Of a stretch of 64,000 bases of DNA, positions 21,804-32,265 are shown piece by piece; positions within the stretch are counted from its first letter, which is position 1, and each line of letters opens with the position of its first letter. The DNA comes from Wickerhamiella versatilis (taxonomy: Eukaryota): the NCBI GenBank assembly GCA_030867685.1, contig JAQOWU010000007.1, forward strand, positions 2,542,001 through 2,606,000, given 5' to 3'. A model generated the notes under the pieces. It had not been told where the DNA came from. It made no database searches and saw only the letters and a list, made by a program, of their open reading frames with translations. A program made the translations under genes and the position numbers.

Positions 21804-22131
21804 TCAAGTTCCTAATCTAAGTTACTTCAACTTTGAACAATGAGGAGTTTTTGACATGCCAAAAAGTCCTAGCTGTCCTAATTTTAGGAAAGTACTACTT
21901 CGCTGACTTAAACTATTCGAATAAGCTGTACCAGCCCACACCGGTTTTCACTTTCATCATCGAAAATGACGTGTCTCTAACAGCGTATTGAAAGATAATA
22001 CTGCAAATGGTATCCGAAGACGCAAACGGTGGTCCAGAAGGTTTGGCATCTTCAAACAGAATGACAGCTCAGAATCATAGTTCTGCAGATCCAACATCAG
22101 ATACATCCGATGGAATAGATTAGTTTAAATA

Positions 22132-22165
22132 CAAGATAGCCAAATTAACTACCTGAGACTGGTTG
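22132..22165 (+). repeat. Repeat right arm followed by left arm
   Basis: caagatagcc-aaatta-actacctgagactggttg. Confidence 0.85.
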
Positions 22166-22265
22166 AAAAATCAAATGATCTTCATGCAATAAGATCACTG
22201 GCGTATGTAATTCTAAATATAAATATCAAAACACCGAGACTCGTCATCGCTTTAATAGGAGCAGC

Positions 22266-23174
22266 TCAAGCCATGAAAGCGAGGAAAATTGCACCGCCAA
22301 GACTACGTGCAATGACTACACTTGCTCCAGAGAAGAGCCAAAGCACACCACCTTGCCTTATAATCGACATGAATAATTTCGAAGAAGATTGATACCTGAA
22401 TAAATTACCGTTACAGGAAGTCATCATCATACGACGACTAATAGTATCCAATGGATATGCCGCAAGACCTGATAACACGGTTACAAGCCAGGTAGCAAGG
22501 AACTGATATTTAAACGAGTTGCGAAAAGTATCTACTGACGATAAAAAGGGTTTCAATGTGTAAAAGAGACCGAAGTAGAAGCCACCGTAAACAAGACTTT
22601 GCAAGACAGCAGCATCAAACCCGCGGTAGAACCCACGAGCTCCATCAGCCCTATAACTCTTCGAGAAAATATCAATCAATCCACGGAACTGTTGCGTGCC
22701 TGTCCGCGATGTATTCGTAACAGTAAGGCGGGTACGAGCATAATCCAGTGGATAGACGAATACTAACTTGACAGCACCAGCCATAGCACCAGCAGCAAAG
22801 TTCTTGGTGAGCGCCGTAAAAAAGTGGTCGTTGGAATCAGGCTTGAACAACGCTCTGAATCTAGCATTAAGAAGGAAGCTACAAGATTCAACAGCGAGCA
22901 AACGTATAATATTAGCCGTATTACCATTCCATAAAGATAACGCTCCTTCACTTCTCATGGTCCGCATAAAGCAATCCTCAGCTCCCTTGTACGGCCTATC
23001 GAGGTAACCTGACTTGATGTTCTCATGCTGGGTCTGCATTAATAGCTTGATACGCTCAAAAGGAGCTTGACATGATGCCCAACCAGCAGTGGAGACTACT
23101 GAGGAAGCAGCGTTAATAGCAAAAATCTCGGTCGCACTCAAACTGGCAGGATGGGAGAAAGGTCGATTACTCAT
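22266..23174 (-). CDS. Divergent ADP/ATP carrier-like mitochondrial carrier
   Basis: APFERIKLLMQ, GNTANIIR, YPLDYARTRL, YPLDTISRRMMM; short C-terminus. Confidence 0.85.
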   Translation of the reverse strand: MSNRPFSHPASLSATEIFAINAASSVVSTAGWASCQAPFERIKLLMQTQHENIKSGYLDRPYKGAEDCFMRTMRSEGALSLWNGNTANIIRLLAVESCSFLLNARFRALFKPDSNDHFFTALTKNFAAGAMAGAVKLVFVYPLDYARTRLTVTNTSRTGTQQFRGLIDIFSKSYRADGARGFYRGFDAAVLQSLVYGGFYFGLFYTLKPFLSSVDTFRNSFKYQFLATWLVTVLSGLAAYPLDTISRRMMMTSCNGNLFRYQSSSKLFMSIIRQGGVLWLFSGASVVIARSLGGAIFLAFMA

Positions 23175-23186
23175 ATTCTGAGAACA

Positions 23187-23221
23187 ACAATGCAAGATAG
23201 CCCACTTCCTGAGATTGGTTG
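23187..23221 (+). repeat. Circularly permuted repeat copy
   Basis: acaatgcaagatagcccacttcctgagattggttg. Confidence 0.9.
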
Positions 23222-23760
23222 TAAAGCATGTCTAAGTCTGTATATACAAATACGAAATATGACGCGGAATGATATCAATTATTCCGTCCTACCTATCCAG
23301 ATTCACTTTATGAGCATTTATCTAGTTATATTAGTTGTACCAAGCCAGCATCAGCTGTGGATTTAGGATGTGGTACAGGCCAAGCTAGTAAAGCTCTGGC
23401 TAGTAAAGTAGCAAGGGTCTATGGCGTCGACATCTCGGAAGCTATGATAAACAGGCGAAAGAGCAGCCTTACGCAATTCCTCGGTCTTTGACTCGGAATG
23501 GGATCACCTGTTGTGGGTTGGGCCTGCGATAAAGTGGTTCTCTATATTTGTAACCGCCATGGAGCGGATTTCATGTCCCCGATAAAGGTGGCAAAGGTAG
23601 TTTTGGTTTAAAAAAGGTTTGTTTTACACTTTATGGTGTACAAAACTAGCAAATCTTGTGACCAGAAAAAAGTATGATGCGACTCATATGCGCGACATTT
23701 CTCAAGGACTTAATGTATGCTCCTAACCCAATCAAGCCGGGGCAGGGTTAACCTAGTTAA

Positions 23761-25683
23761 TTAAATTATGTTACACTCATCCCCGTTCTGGAAAAATTCC
23801 TGAGGTAGCATCTCGGGATTGTTTTCTGTTAGGGACTGAGCGATGTCAACATTGCATAGTTCGTAATGGCGGCCCATTATATCCACCAGGGCATTCCATA
23901 TCTCTGCCGAGGGAATATTATTGTGACCATAGGGCCATCTGGAACTATGGATAGACGAGACGCTCGTTCGAAGAAAGTTGATGTCCTCGTGATTAGAATG
24001 GTCCGTTGGGTAACGGAGTTGCTTGTAGAGAAGAGTGCACACCGCAGTGGTCACAGCAGATACGGTGATCAGCGTACATTGACCCTTACTTTTGTATGAG
24101 TCGACCCCTGCCTTGCATATTTCCCGCGCAGCTCCCGAAACTTTAGCCAGCGATCCGGGAAAGCTGTCCGGTAACTGATCAGGATGGAATGCTGGTATAC
24201 TATGAAGGGCCAGCAGTATATAATGGTACCTAATTCTGATGATAGCCAGCGGAATGAGCTCCATTAGCCCTTTTATCCCCATATTGGGCTGGTAACTCCT
24301 GGTCCAATCCTCGTCGCTGATAGCCTCGCGCCACTCCGTCAGTTCTTTATCGAGATAGACAATCGCATCGCAAATTTGCCGCGTGGTGCATTTTTGGGCA
24401 TGGGGGGAGAAGACAAACGGGTAGGATTTTTCGTAAATCCTATCCAGACGCTGAGCAAGCTTGAAATACAGCATTTCTGGCCGGTCCAGCATTCCTTGGA
24501 GCCACACCGTCGACGAGTGTACTGCTGGTGGCTTCTGTGAGAGCATGATCCTAAAGTTATATGTGATGTGGCAGACAATGTACCATACCCTCTCTCTCCA
24601 TTCCGCCTCCTTGATATCGTAACGCATCCTCTTGGTGGGATTGTCCAGGCCAATTGCCTTGGACATGTCAACAATCATGTCCAGGTAAGGCATGATGCAT
24701 GGCACTGCAAACCCAAGCAGAATGAACACTAGTAGTGTCGAGAGTCTGATTTCTAGAAACCCCGGTGGGGAGAATCGCATGAAGTTAAGCGTCCTGATTG
24801 CCTGACACACCGCGGCCCTCTCGTGTTCTTCAATGCTTTCCTCAGAAAAGGTGCTATGGTCCTTACGGAGCTTTATGTCGATGCAGCCAATTAGGATGAT
24901 GGCTGCGAGCTGGCCCTTCTTCAGGGGCTCTGGCGTGGTCGGCTGTAGGCTGAAGCCCACTTCATCCACAGGCATGAGCGGACGCACAAACATATCAACC
25001 ACACCAGTATATATGCGGATACTGGCCTCCAGCAATGCTAGGCTGGGCTCGAACTCTGTGGTCTCCCCAAACATTTGCACAAACACGTTTTGGATATCCC
25101 ACCATGCCTGATGGGACGAGGCCTCGAGGCGCTGCGGAAGCATAGGGTCGCTCAGTTTACACGCTAGCGAAGATATATCCTCGGGGCTCAATATAGACAG
25201 GAAAACACTAGACATGTAGATGGAAGTGTTTTCTTGGCCCCCTACCGTATGGACCTTCATGATTGCGAGCCGGTCATTAAATAGCAGGTTACCTTTGAAT
25301 TTACCAGTATCTCCAGAATGCTCCCCACCGGAATCAATTATTTCCACAGGTCCGGCGGCCCCATTCCTCACTCCATCCCCGCCCCCACCTCCGATCACAC
25401 CCCCATTCGTGACCCTCTCTTCGCCGGCCAGCAGCTTGCCGAGAACAGCTTCAAGGCGATCGAATTTTTCTTCCATTCGGTCGAGCTTTCGGTGGACGGC
25501 GGCGAACCGCGTGTCGGAGGTGGTCTCTCGCGGTAATGGGGTGTACACGCAGACCTCGCCCCGTTGCGTGCACTGGCCGCAGGTTGGCGACGCAGAATCA
25601 CAACGAGACTTCCTCTTTCGACAGTTGTCACATGCAATTGACGACCGCAAGTGCTTCGTCTTCGGTTGAGAATTATGGGACAT
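23761..25683 (-). CDS. Zn(II)2Cys6 transcription factor with fungal middle homology region
   Basis: ACDNCRKRKSRCD...CGQCTQRGEVC, coiled coil, IGL...EWRERVWY. Confidence 0.92.
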   Translation of the reverse strand: MSHNSQPKTKHLRSSIACDNCRKRKSRCDSASPTCGQCTQRGEVCVYTPLPRETTSDTRFAAVHRKLDRMEEKFDRLEAVLGKLLAGEERVTNGGVIGGGGGDGVRNGAAGPVEIIDSGGEHSGDTGKFKGNLLFNDRLAIMKVHTVGGQENTSIYMSSVFLSILSPEDISSLACKLSDPMLPQRLEASSHQAWWDIQNVFVQMFGETTEFEPSLALLEASIRIYTGVVDMFVRPLMPVDEVGFSLQPTTPEPLKKGQLAAIILIGCIDIKLRKDHSTFSEESIEEHERAAVCQAIRTLNFMRFSPPGFLEIRLSTLLVFILLGFAVPCIMPYLDMIVDMSKAIGLDNPTKRMRYDIKEAEWRERVWYIVCHITYNFRIMLSQKPPAVHSSTVWLQGMLDRPEMLYFKLAQRLDRIYEKSYPFVFSPHAQKCTTRQICDAIVYLDKELTEWREAISDEDWTRSYQPNMGIKGLMELIPLAIIRIRYHYILLALHSIPAFHPDQLPDSFPGSLAKVSGAAREICKAGVDSYKSKGQCTLITVSAVTTAVCTLLYKQLRYPTDHSNHEDINFLRTSVSSIHSSRWPYGHNNIPSAEIWNALVDIMGRHYELCNVDIAQSLTENNPEMLPQEFFQNGDECNII

Positions 25684-25921
25684 GGTGTACCTCGCGGCCC
25701 AAATAACCGGTCCTATTGGTAAGCATATGATGGCATTTAAGTATGTTTAAAGCTGAAAAAGTAATAAATCATTTAACTACTAACCATTCACCCTAATTTG
25801 GGGTAAAATCAAACGACAACCCACTGAGCGCCTTTGTTTCCTCAAAGAACTTCTCAGTGATCTTGGGATCATCGGCTACTGATGCTATCTCGTTCCCCAC
25901 AGGATTTCCTCTCATATCCGT

Positions 25922-25939
25922 AATGCAAAATAGCCCACT
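25922..25939 (+). repeat. 41-bp repeat fragment
   Basis: aatgcaaaatagcccact. Confidence 0.7.
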
Positions 25940-26122
25940 CGAAACAGAGAGGTTATGCTATAAGCGATGCTAATTTAGAGAATCTTTAGGATATGACATA
26001 TCTTTCAACGCTAATATTGATTACCTTATAACCGTTCAAATATTATCTAATGGTATTAATGTACATTAACATTATCTAATATTACCAATATTCCAAAAGA
26101 TATTACAAGCATAGATAGTCCT

Positions 26123-26148
26123 CCTGAGACTGGTTGGACAAAACAAGA
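26123..26148 (+). repeat. 41-bp repeat, partial
   Basis: cctgagactggttggacaaaacaaga. Confidence 0.85.
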
Positions 26149-26420
26149 CACCCCCCCTACAGTTATCATTTGTATCCCCATCTTTCTCTACAAGCCGCCT
26201 TTTATTTCGGACTGATGGGTCACAGGTGCCACTGTCAGGTGGGTATAAGACGCAACAAGGTCTTCACCATGATTTTTCTTCATATGGAGCTGAAAATTTA
26301 ATTTCTTGTCTGGTTTATGGTCACAATGCGTGCATGCGTGCAACTAAACCGACTCATGGAGATAGCGTGTGAGGTGTTGCTGACAGACCTTACTTTAGCG
26401 ATAAATGCGTTACACACGGC

Positions 26421-28004
26421 TTAAAGCGCGTAGACAAATTGAGGGTTTAAGTCTCCAGCGAGTGCCTTCTGATCATCGGTCAATTTGTCCCAGTCGTCAT
26501 TTTCCGCACCCGTACTCCGGCGTTTGTTAACACGATATACTCCAAAGAAATAAACAGTAGTCACTGCAAGAGAAAATAACAGCAGTGCAAGACAAGTCCA
26601 AGCTCCCCGTGAATATTTCGGAGCATCTTGAGTCGTAAAAATGAAAGCTGAGACAATTCCACCGATATTTCCAAACCCAACAATCCAAGCGGAGCCCACC
26701 ATCTTACGATGGTGGCCAGCAAGGTTCATAATCGTCCAGCAAATCATAATTGGCATGAAACTGTATGTTCCAAGAGTCACCAAGAAGCATGCGGCATATC
26801 GAGCGTTTACATTCGTGGGGTTTCCGTCAGAATCGACAGGGGTAATGCCGATAAGCATGGCAAACCCAGCAATGGATATGATGCATGTAAGGATGGTAAA
26901 CAGATAGCGGTGCCTTAAATAGTCAGATATAACCCCAAAGATAATACTACCTCCGAAGCTCACGAGCCACGGATAAATAGAATATACCTGAACGGCAACT
27001 GGGTCCTGGTGCATGGTCTGAATGATAGATGTTGCAAAATATGCGTAGCTGTATGCTGCCACGATAGATCCAAAGTACATGACAGCCGCAGCATGTATCT
27101 TCCAGTCCTTGAAAACCGACAGCATATCTGAAAGAGTGACATCTCGACGAGCCAACGAATGGCCCTGATCTAGTTGTAGCTTGTGGACCTGGTAAGCGCG
27201 TTCATTTTCAGTTAAGAACTTTGCATCCTCCGGAAAATCAGCTATCAGGAAGAACAGTATAACTCCGCACGCACACGTAATAGCACCCTCGACGATGAAA
27301 ATCCATCTCCAGCCAGCTATCGATTGGCTTCCGTCCAATGTATTCATTCCATATGCAATTAGCCCGGCAAAAGCACCCGCCAAGGAAGTTGATGCAAAGA
27401 AGAAGCAATAACGTTTAAGAGCCTCGTCTCGCCGAAGCCAGCCTCCCAGAAGATAAAAGCATCCGGGGAACATTCCAGACTCAAGAAGCCCTAGCAATAC
27501 TCGGGTGGTATAAAGACCGCCCTTGGAAGTAACGAAACCTTGGGCGATTGTGACTGCTCCGAAACATATGATACACAGGGAAAGCCAGACATGTGGCTTC
27601 AGTTTCTTAAGCAACCAATTTGCTGGGACTTCAAAAACAACATATGGACAGAAAAACAGCGCTAGCGCAACATTAAATTGATTTCCTTCAAGGTTCGCAC
27701 CGCCCATATATCGCCCTCCTGGATCAGGCCCTTCATTCAAGCCATATGTCTTTGCATTACTGATATTAACACGGTCGATGAAGCTAAGTAAATATAAGAG
27801 ACAGATGGGGAGAACAATCCAGCAGTCTACCTTCAGCTGAAGCTTCCATGGTGTCACGCCATAATCCTTTTGCAGTTTTCGAAGAGTATCGTCCACTTCT
27901 GTTTTACTGGGTAGTCTGAAACTATCTCCAGCGTTCACGTCGCTAGCATCACTTGTTTGCGTGTCGATAGACTCCGCTTTTTCTTTCTGAGGGGTAGATG
28001 ACAT
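26421..28004 (-). CDS. MFS anion:cation symporter (TNA1/DAL5 family)
   Basis: SFIDRVNISNA, FEVPAN, ESGMFPG, GWRWIFIVEG, DAPKY; ATG at 28004. Confidence 0.92.
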   Translation of the reverse strand: MSSTPQKEKAESIDTQTSDASDVNAGDSFRLPSKTEVDDTLRKLQKDYGVTPWKLQLKVDCWIVLPICLLYLLSFIDRVNISNAKTYGLNEGPDPGGRYMGGANLEGNQFNVALALFFCPYVVFEVPANWLLKKLKPHVWLSLCIICFGAVTIAQGFVTSKGGLYTTRVLLGLLESGMFPGCFYLLGGWLRRDEALKRYCFFFASTSLAGAFAGLIAYGMNTLDGSQSIAGWRWIFIVEGAITCACGVILFFLIADFPEDAKFLTENERAYQVHKLQLDQGHSLARRDVTLSDMLSVFKDWKIHAAAVMYFGSIVAAYSYAYFATSIIQTMHQDPVAVQVYSIYPWLVSFGGSIIFGVISDYLRHRYLFTILTCIISIAGFAMLIGITPVDSDGNPTNVNARYAACFLVTLGTYSFMPIMICWTIMNLAGHHRKMVGSAWIVGFGNIGGIVSAFIFTTQDAPKYSRGAWTCLALLLFSLAVTTVYFFGVYRVNKRRSTGAENDDWDKLTDDQKALAGDLNPQFVYAL

Positions 28005-28036
28005 CGCGAAAACCCCAACCCTCAATTTCCCGGGAC

Positions 28037-28430
28037 GGTTGGATCATGCAATGGCGCCGATTTCGGCAATATTAAGCTCATCCCTGGAGTAAAGACGTAG
28101 TACCTGACCAACCGTACCAATCAATATCGACATTGATAGCACTTACTGGAAAGAAATATCAATTAGGCCCTGGAGCTAAACCATTTCCATCTTTCCCTTC
28201 GAGTGGTTGGTGTTGGATAGATCATACAATAGCTCCGATTTCGGCAATATTAAGCTAAGTCATCATCCCTGCAGTAAAGAAGTCGTACCTAGCGAGCCGT
28301 ACCAATCATTATTGTCATTAATAAAATTTACTATAAAGAAATATAATTAGGCCCTGGAGCTCAACCATTTCCATCACTTGCTTCGAGGGGTTGGATAGAT
28401 TATACAGTAGCTCCGATTTCGGCAATATCC
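28037..28430 (+). repeat. 178-bp tandem repeat (about 2.2 copies) upstream of the MFS gene
   Basis: ccgatttcggcaatat at 28057, 28235 and 28413, with conserved intervening blocks such as aattaggccctggagct. Confidence 0.9.
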
Positions 28431-28448
28431 AACCTCAACCTCAGTCAT

Positions 28449-28488
28449 CACTACCTGAGACTGGTTGGACCATGCAAGATAGCCCGCT
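28449..28488 (+). repeat. 41-bp repeat, full copy, inside a ~105-bp direct repeat (28412-28520)
   Basis: cactacctgagactggttggaccatgcaagatagcccgct. Confidence 0.95.
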
Positions 28489-28574
28489 AGTAGTAGTACC
28501 TCGGTGGTTAACACATGATAACCAACCAACCTAGGTTTTACGTCGAAATTACCCGATACGTACTTTACATAGAG

Positions 28575-29450
28575 CTACAATATTAATAGCAAGAAGGCCC
28601 CAAGGAGGCCGCACGATGAAGCAAGCTTCGTTGCTTTATCGGATATTTGAGTAGAATAGGTGCTACTAGGCTCGCTGGAAGCCGCGCTAAGCGAGGAGCT
28701 ACTTGCCTTTTCGGTGGCTGTGCTAGGTGCCTCGGTAGTGGTATCCAAAGAAGTGCCTGATGAGGACAGCGAGATGCTGGAAACGTTTTCTCCGAGGCCA
28801 TTAGGAGCTGGCCAGAAATGTATGCTGGGCAATTCCGAAAAATGGGAGGAGGCACTCTTAAACATCGACTGATGTGACGATACAATGTCTGTTATGCTTT
28901 CACCAAGATCCGAATCCAGATCCGATAAAGGTAAGTCACTGAATATCTGGTCTTCAGCATCTGCTATGAATTCTCCAAGGAACCATATATCCTCAGTAAC
29001 ATCTCCTGAAGCATTGTAATGTTCAAAGTCCTCTGCCTTATCAACCAAAGCTTCAAGTAGTCTTTGGGTTGCTGCACCAATGTTAGCAATGTTCTCGATA
29101 GTGCCTTTGATATTATCTCCATAAGAGGGCGGAAATGATTTCATCTCTCCTACAATAGAGTCATCAAGCTCTGTATCGACCTCGTAACCCAAGTCATACA
29201 ATGAGTCTAAAACGTCTAAAACGTATGAATCCTCACTTACAGATGGTAGGCTCTTGAGACAGCTCACTATGGTTGAAATACTACTTGTATAAGAAGACGC
29301 AAAGTCTTCTAATCGGGATGAGCCGTCACCGCTTCCTGAAGTACTGCTTACAGTGCGGTTACCATTTGAAAAGTCCTTCACTTCAGGCCCCAAAGAGCTC
29401 AAAGATTGAGCTGATGCTATATCAACAAGTGTAAGCGTGAATAAGTTCAT
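28575..29450 (-). CDS. Ser-rich, probably GPI-anchored cell-wall protein
   Basis: Short signal-like N-terminus, acidic helical core, Ser/Thr tail, GLLGAFLLLIL end. Confidence 0.7.
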   Translation of the reverse strand: MNLFTLTLVDIASAQSLSSLGPEVKDFSNGNRTVSSTSGSGDGSSRLEDFASSYTSSISTIVSCLKSLPSVSEDSYVLDVLDSLYDLGYEVDTELDDSIVGEMKSFPPSYGDNIKGTIENIANIGAATQRLLEALVDKAEDFEHYNASGDVTEDIWFLGEFIADAEDQIFSDLPLSDLDSDLGESITDIVSSHQSMFKSASSHFSELPSIHFWPAPNGLGENVSSISLSSSGTSLDTTTEAPSTATEKASSSSLSAASSEPSSTYSTQISDKATKLASSCGLLGAFLLLIL

Positions 29451-29972
29451 CAGGTACTCCAGAAAAATACAATTGGGCTATGTTGTATTGTCTACCAATT
29501 AGCTAACAATGCATACACTTTCTTACGTGATCAATTTCTTGGCAGTTCTTACGTAAAATAGTTTTTATCCTCTTCAGTGACAATTTGCAGCCATCTCGGT
29601 TACATGATCGAACAAAGCTTTGTTTCCAGTATATCTTTAGGTAGATTTCTTGCCTTTAGCGAGACATCTTACATTACGTGGGCTCTCCGACGTACGATTT
29701 CCAGTGGTGGGGTAATTCTTTATAAGCAACATAATTATTAAAGGTGATTGCATATATATGCCTTAATATTTTTCTTGTCACTTAAAAAACTCTTACTTTA
29801 TATACTGGAATGAAAATTCTACCTTTAGCATTTCGGGTGACTAGAAAAGACCATGGGCTTGATCCAACGGACTCTAGGGTAGCCTTACTAACAGTTCTAC
29901 CTTCCCCTTAACCATACGGATTAGGTGCTTGTCTTGGCAAGATGCCATTTGAGACATAAGCATTTTTTGAAT

Positions 29973-30296
29973 ATGCCGGGAGAGGAAGGTCCTGAGATAG
30001 TTAAGCGTAGATATTGGAGCCCACACAGGTCATGCTCCCATATCTCACATCCCACTGGACTATGTAAACCAACCGGGCTTTCCGGTGGACAAATTGCCGG
30101 TGTTGTTATTGGCTTGGTAGCAGGCCTTTTTATTTTGTCGTTATTATTGGTGTACTTGTGGGCGTACGTTCGTAGAATTTTCAGCTCGAGAGCTTCTGAA
30201 GTGGGGGATATAGAACAAAATATACCACCAACGACGTCCACTGCAAGCAACAACGAAAGTGAAATCAGGGAAGTTAATAAAGCAGAGACGGAGTGA
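29973..30296 (+). CDS. Small single-pass membrane protein or gene fragment
   Basis: GLSGGQIAGVVIGLVAGLFIL...VRR resembles the TM segment of Mid2/Wsc-type proteins; N-terminus uncertain. Confidence 0.45.
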   Translation: MPGEEGPEIVKRRYWSPHRSCSHISHPTGLCKPTGLSGGQIAGVVIGLVAGLFILSLLLVYLWAYVRRIFSSRASEVGDIEQNIPPTTSTASNNESEIREVNKAETE

Positions 30297-30803
30297 AAGC
30301 TTAGGGATCGATATCCGATGGCTTAAGATTTCCACTGGCTGGTCAGCGAAAGGTAGCTCAAAACCTGAGCACCCGGTCTCTCATAGTTGCAGGTCACGCT
30401 AGATACATATCCCTAGCCCATCAGATCATTGAGAATTTACTTGGGCATACACGATCTATCACCAAGTCTAGCAGCGTTTTGCAAGATATGCTGGCCCTGA
30501 GTCGTATCTGAGCCTAAAGCTGATTGTCGCAGCTCTTCAATGGGTGACTCTTGTTCAGGCTCAGCTTAATAGTCTGTTTGGGAATGGATACCTCGATTCC
30601 ATCGTGAAAAAAGTCCAAGATTAGACCCCAAAACGCAAGCTCGAAGCCAAATCTCGTAATGGTTAGGACGTAAAGTACACCCCCTGCATTATTGGCTGTG
30701 GCTGTGGTTATCCAGCGGTCAAGCTCACCCGTTTGAGATATCTCCACCAGTTGCTCAGACTTTAGTGCGGCAAGTGAAAAACAAAACCAAATAAGTCAAA
30801 CAC

Positions 30804-31840
30804 CTATTTACCTACCTTAACTACCAGCTTTCCATAATTTTTTTTTCTTTTAGAATACGGATAAATGCCTCTGGAGCATTCGATAAGCCCTCAACCACGT
30901 CTTCCAGGTACCTTACTTGACCACTGCTGACCCATTCGTTCATTTGGCCAATAAACTCAGGATACTCCTCTGAATGCTCTGAGATAATAAATCCCTGGAA
31001 CAGTAGACGTTTTTTGAGTATGTCGACTAGGAATGAAGGCAGCTCATTGGGTCCAGGGACTGCTGAGGTATCGGCATTGTACCAACTAACGAGCCCGCAG
31101 ACAGGAATCCTAGCAAAGTCATTTAGATGAGGCAGAACAGCCTTGGTAACTGCGCCACCCACGTTCTCAAAGTACACGTCGATTCCATCAGGTACCGCAG
31201 CAGCAAGCTTGGAGGCAAAGCCTGGGTCGTAATGGTCGATACAGGCGTCAAATCCAAGGGTATTGACCACGTGCTGGCGCTTTTTCTCACCCCCTGCCAC
31301 TCCAATAACACGGCATCCCTTAAGCTCAGCGATCTGTCCAACAGTAGCGCCCACCGGCCCGCTGGCCGCTGCAACCACCACAGTTTCACCCTGCTTGGGC
31401 TGTCCAATCTTCAGAAGTCCGTGCCAGGCGGTACATCCTGGCATTCCCAGCACACTCAGTGCCCATGAGGGATGCCTGAGCTCGGAAGGCAGCTTCTAGA
31501 CTGCCTTGCCGTCCAGCACCGCGTGGCTGCGCCACCCTGACATGGTGAGAACAAGGTCGCCAGAAGACAAGCCATCATACTCAGACTGAACCACTTCAGC
31601 AACATTGGATCCCACGATAACATTTCCGAGCTCTAGACCCTTCACGTATGACTTACCAGCAGCCATCATGCCCCGCATATACGGATCCAGTGACATCCAC
31701 AGTATCTTAACCAAGACTTGCCCCGAACCAATAGGCCCCAATTCAATCTTCTCTAGGCGAAAATTATCAGGCTTCGGCTCGCCTTCTGGCCGAGAAACCA
31801 GGACAAATTGCTCGCCAACCGTTATGGACGAACTGATTAT
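30804..31840 (-). pseudogene. NADPH-dependent oxidoreductase (CurA/YncB, PTGR-like), bacterial type, disrupted
   Basis: LVSRPEGEP..F, SLDPYMRG, LGMPG, AAASGPVGATVGQIA, DGIDVYFENVGG. ATA at the expected start, TAG at 31496-31498, poly-A frameshift before NYGKLVVKV. Confidence 0.9.
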
Positions 31841-32103
31841 GTAACTAGTGTGACCTGCGACTCAGCGAGGTGCCAAAGGGGCCAGAGGAGCCATACCTCC
31901 TCGTCTCCGTGCTTCAGAGCTTAGAGTTAAGAGGACCTGAGCATTCCACAACTATTGTCATAGCGCCTATTCCTAAATCATAAGGCTATTAAGCTTAATT
32001 TGTAGTCACCAATAACCGTCAGCATGCGGACTCGTGAAGATCTGATCGGGGAATTGTCGTAATATTCCTGTGATCCGATTCCGGCCATATCAACCTCAGT
32101 AAT

Positions 32104-32143
32104 CACTACTGGAGACTGGTTGGACCATGCAAGATAGCCCACT
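32104..32143 (+). repeat. 41-bp repeat, full copy, inside a ~100-bp direct repeat (32074-32175)
   Basis: cactactggagactggttggaccatgcaagatagcccact. Confidence 0.95.
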
Positions 32144-32265
32144 AGTAGTAGTACCTCGGTGGTTAACACATAATAAGTCCTTATTAACATTAGCTAGATC
32201 TTTGCCCTGGTTGGACTACCTCTGAATACGATCGAGTTGGGTAGGGCGTCAAAAGTATCAAATTG

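Noticed and set aside
28412-32175. LTR retrotransposon or composite transposon
   Set aside because: Direct repeats are only ~105 bp, lack TG...CA ends, and no gag, pol or transposase lies inside.
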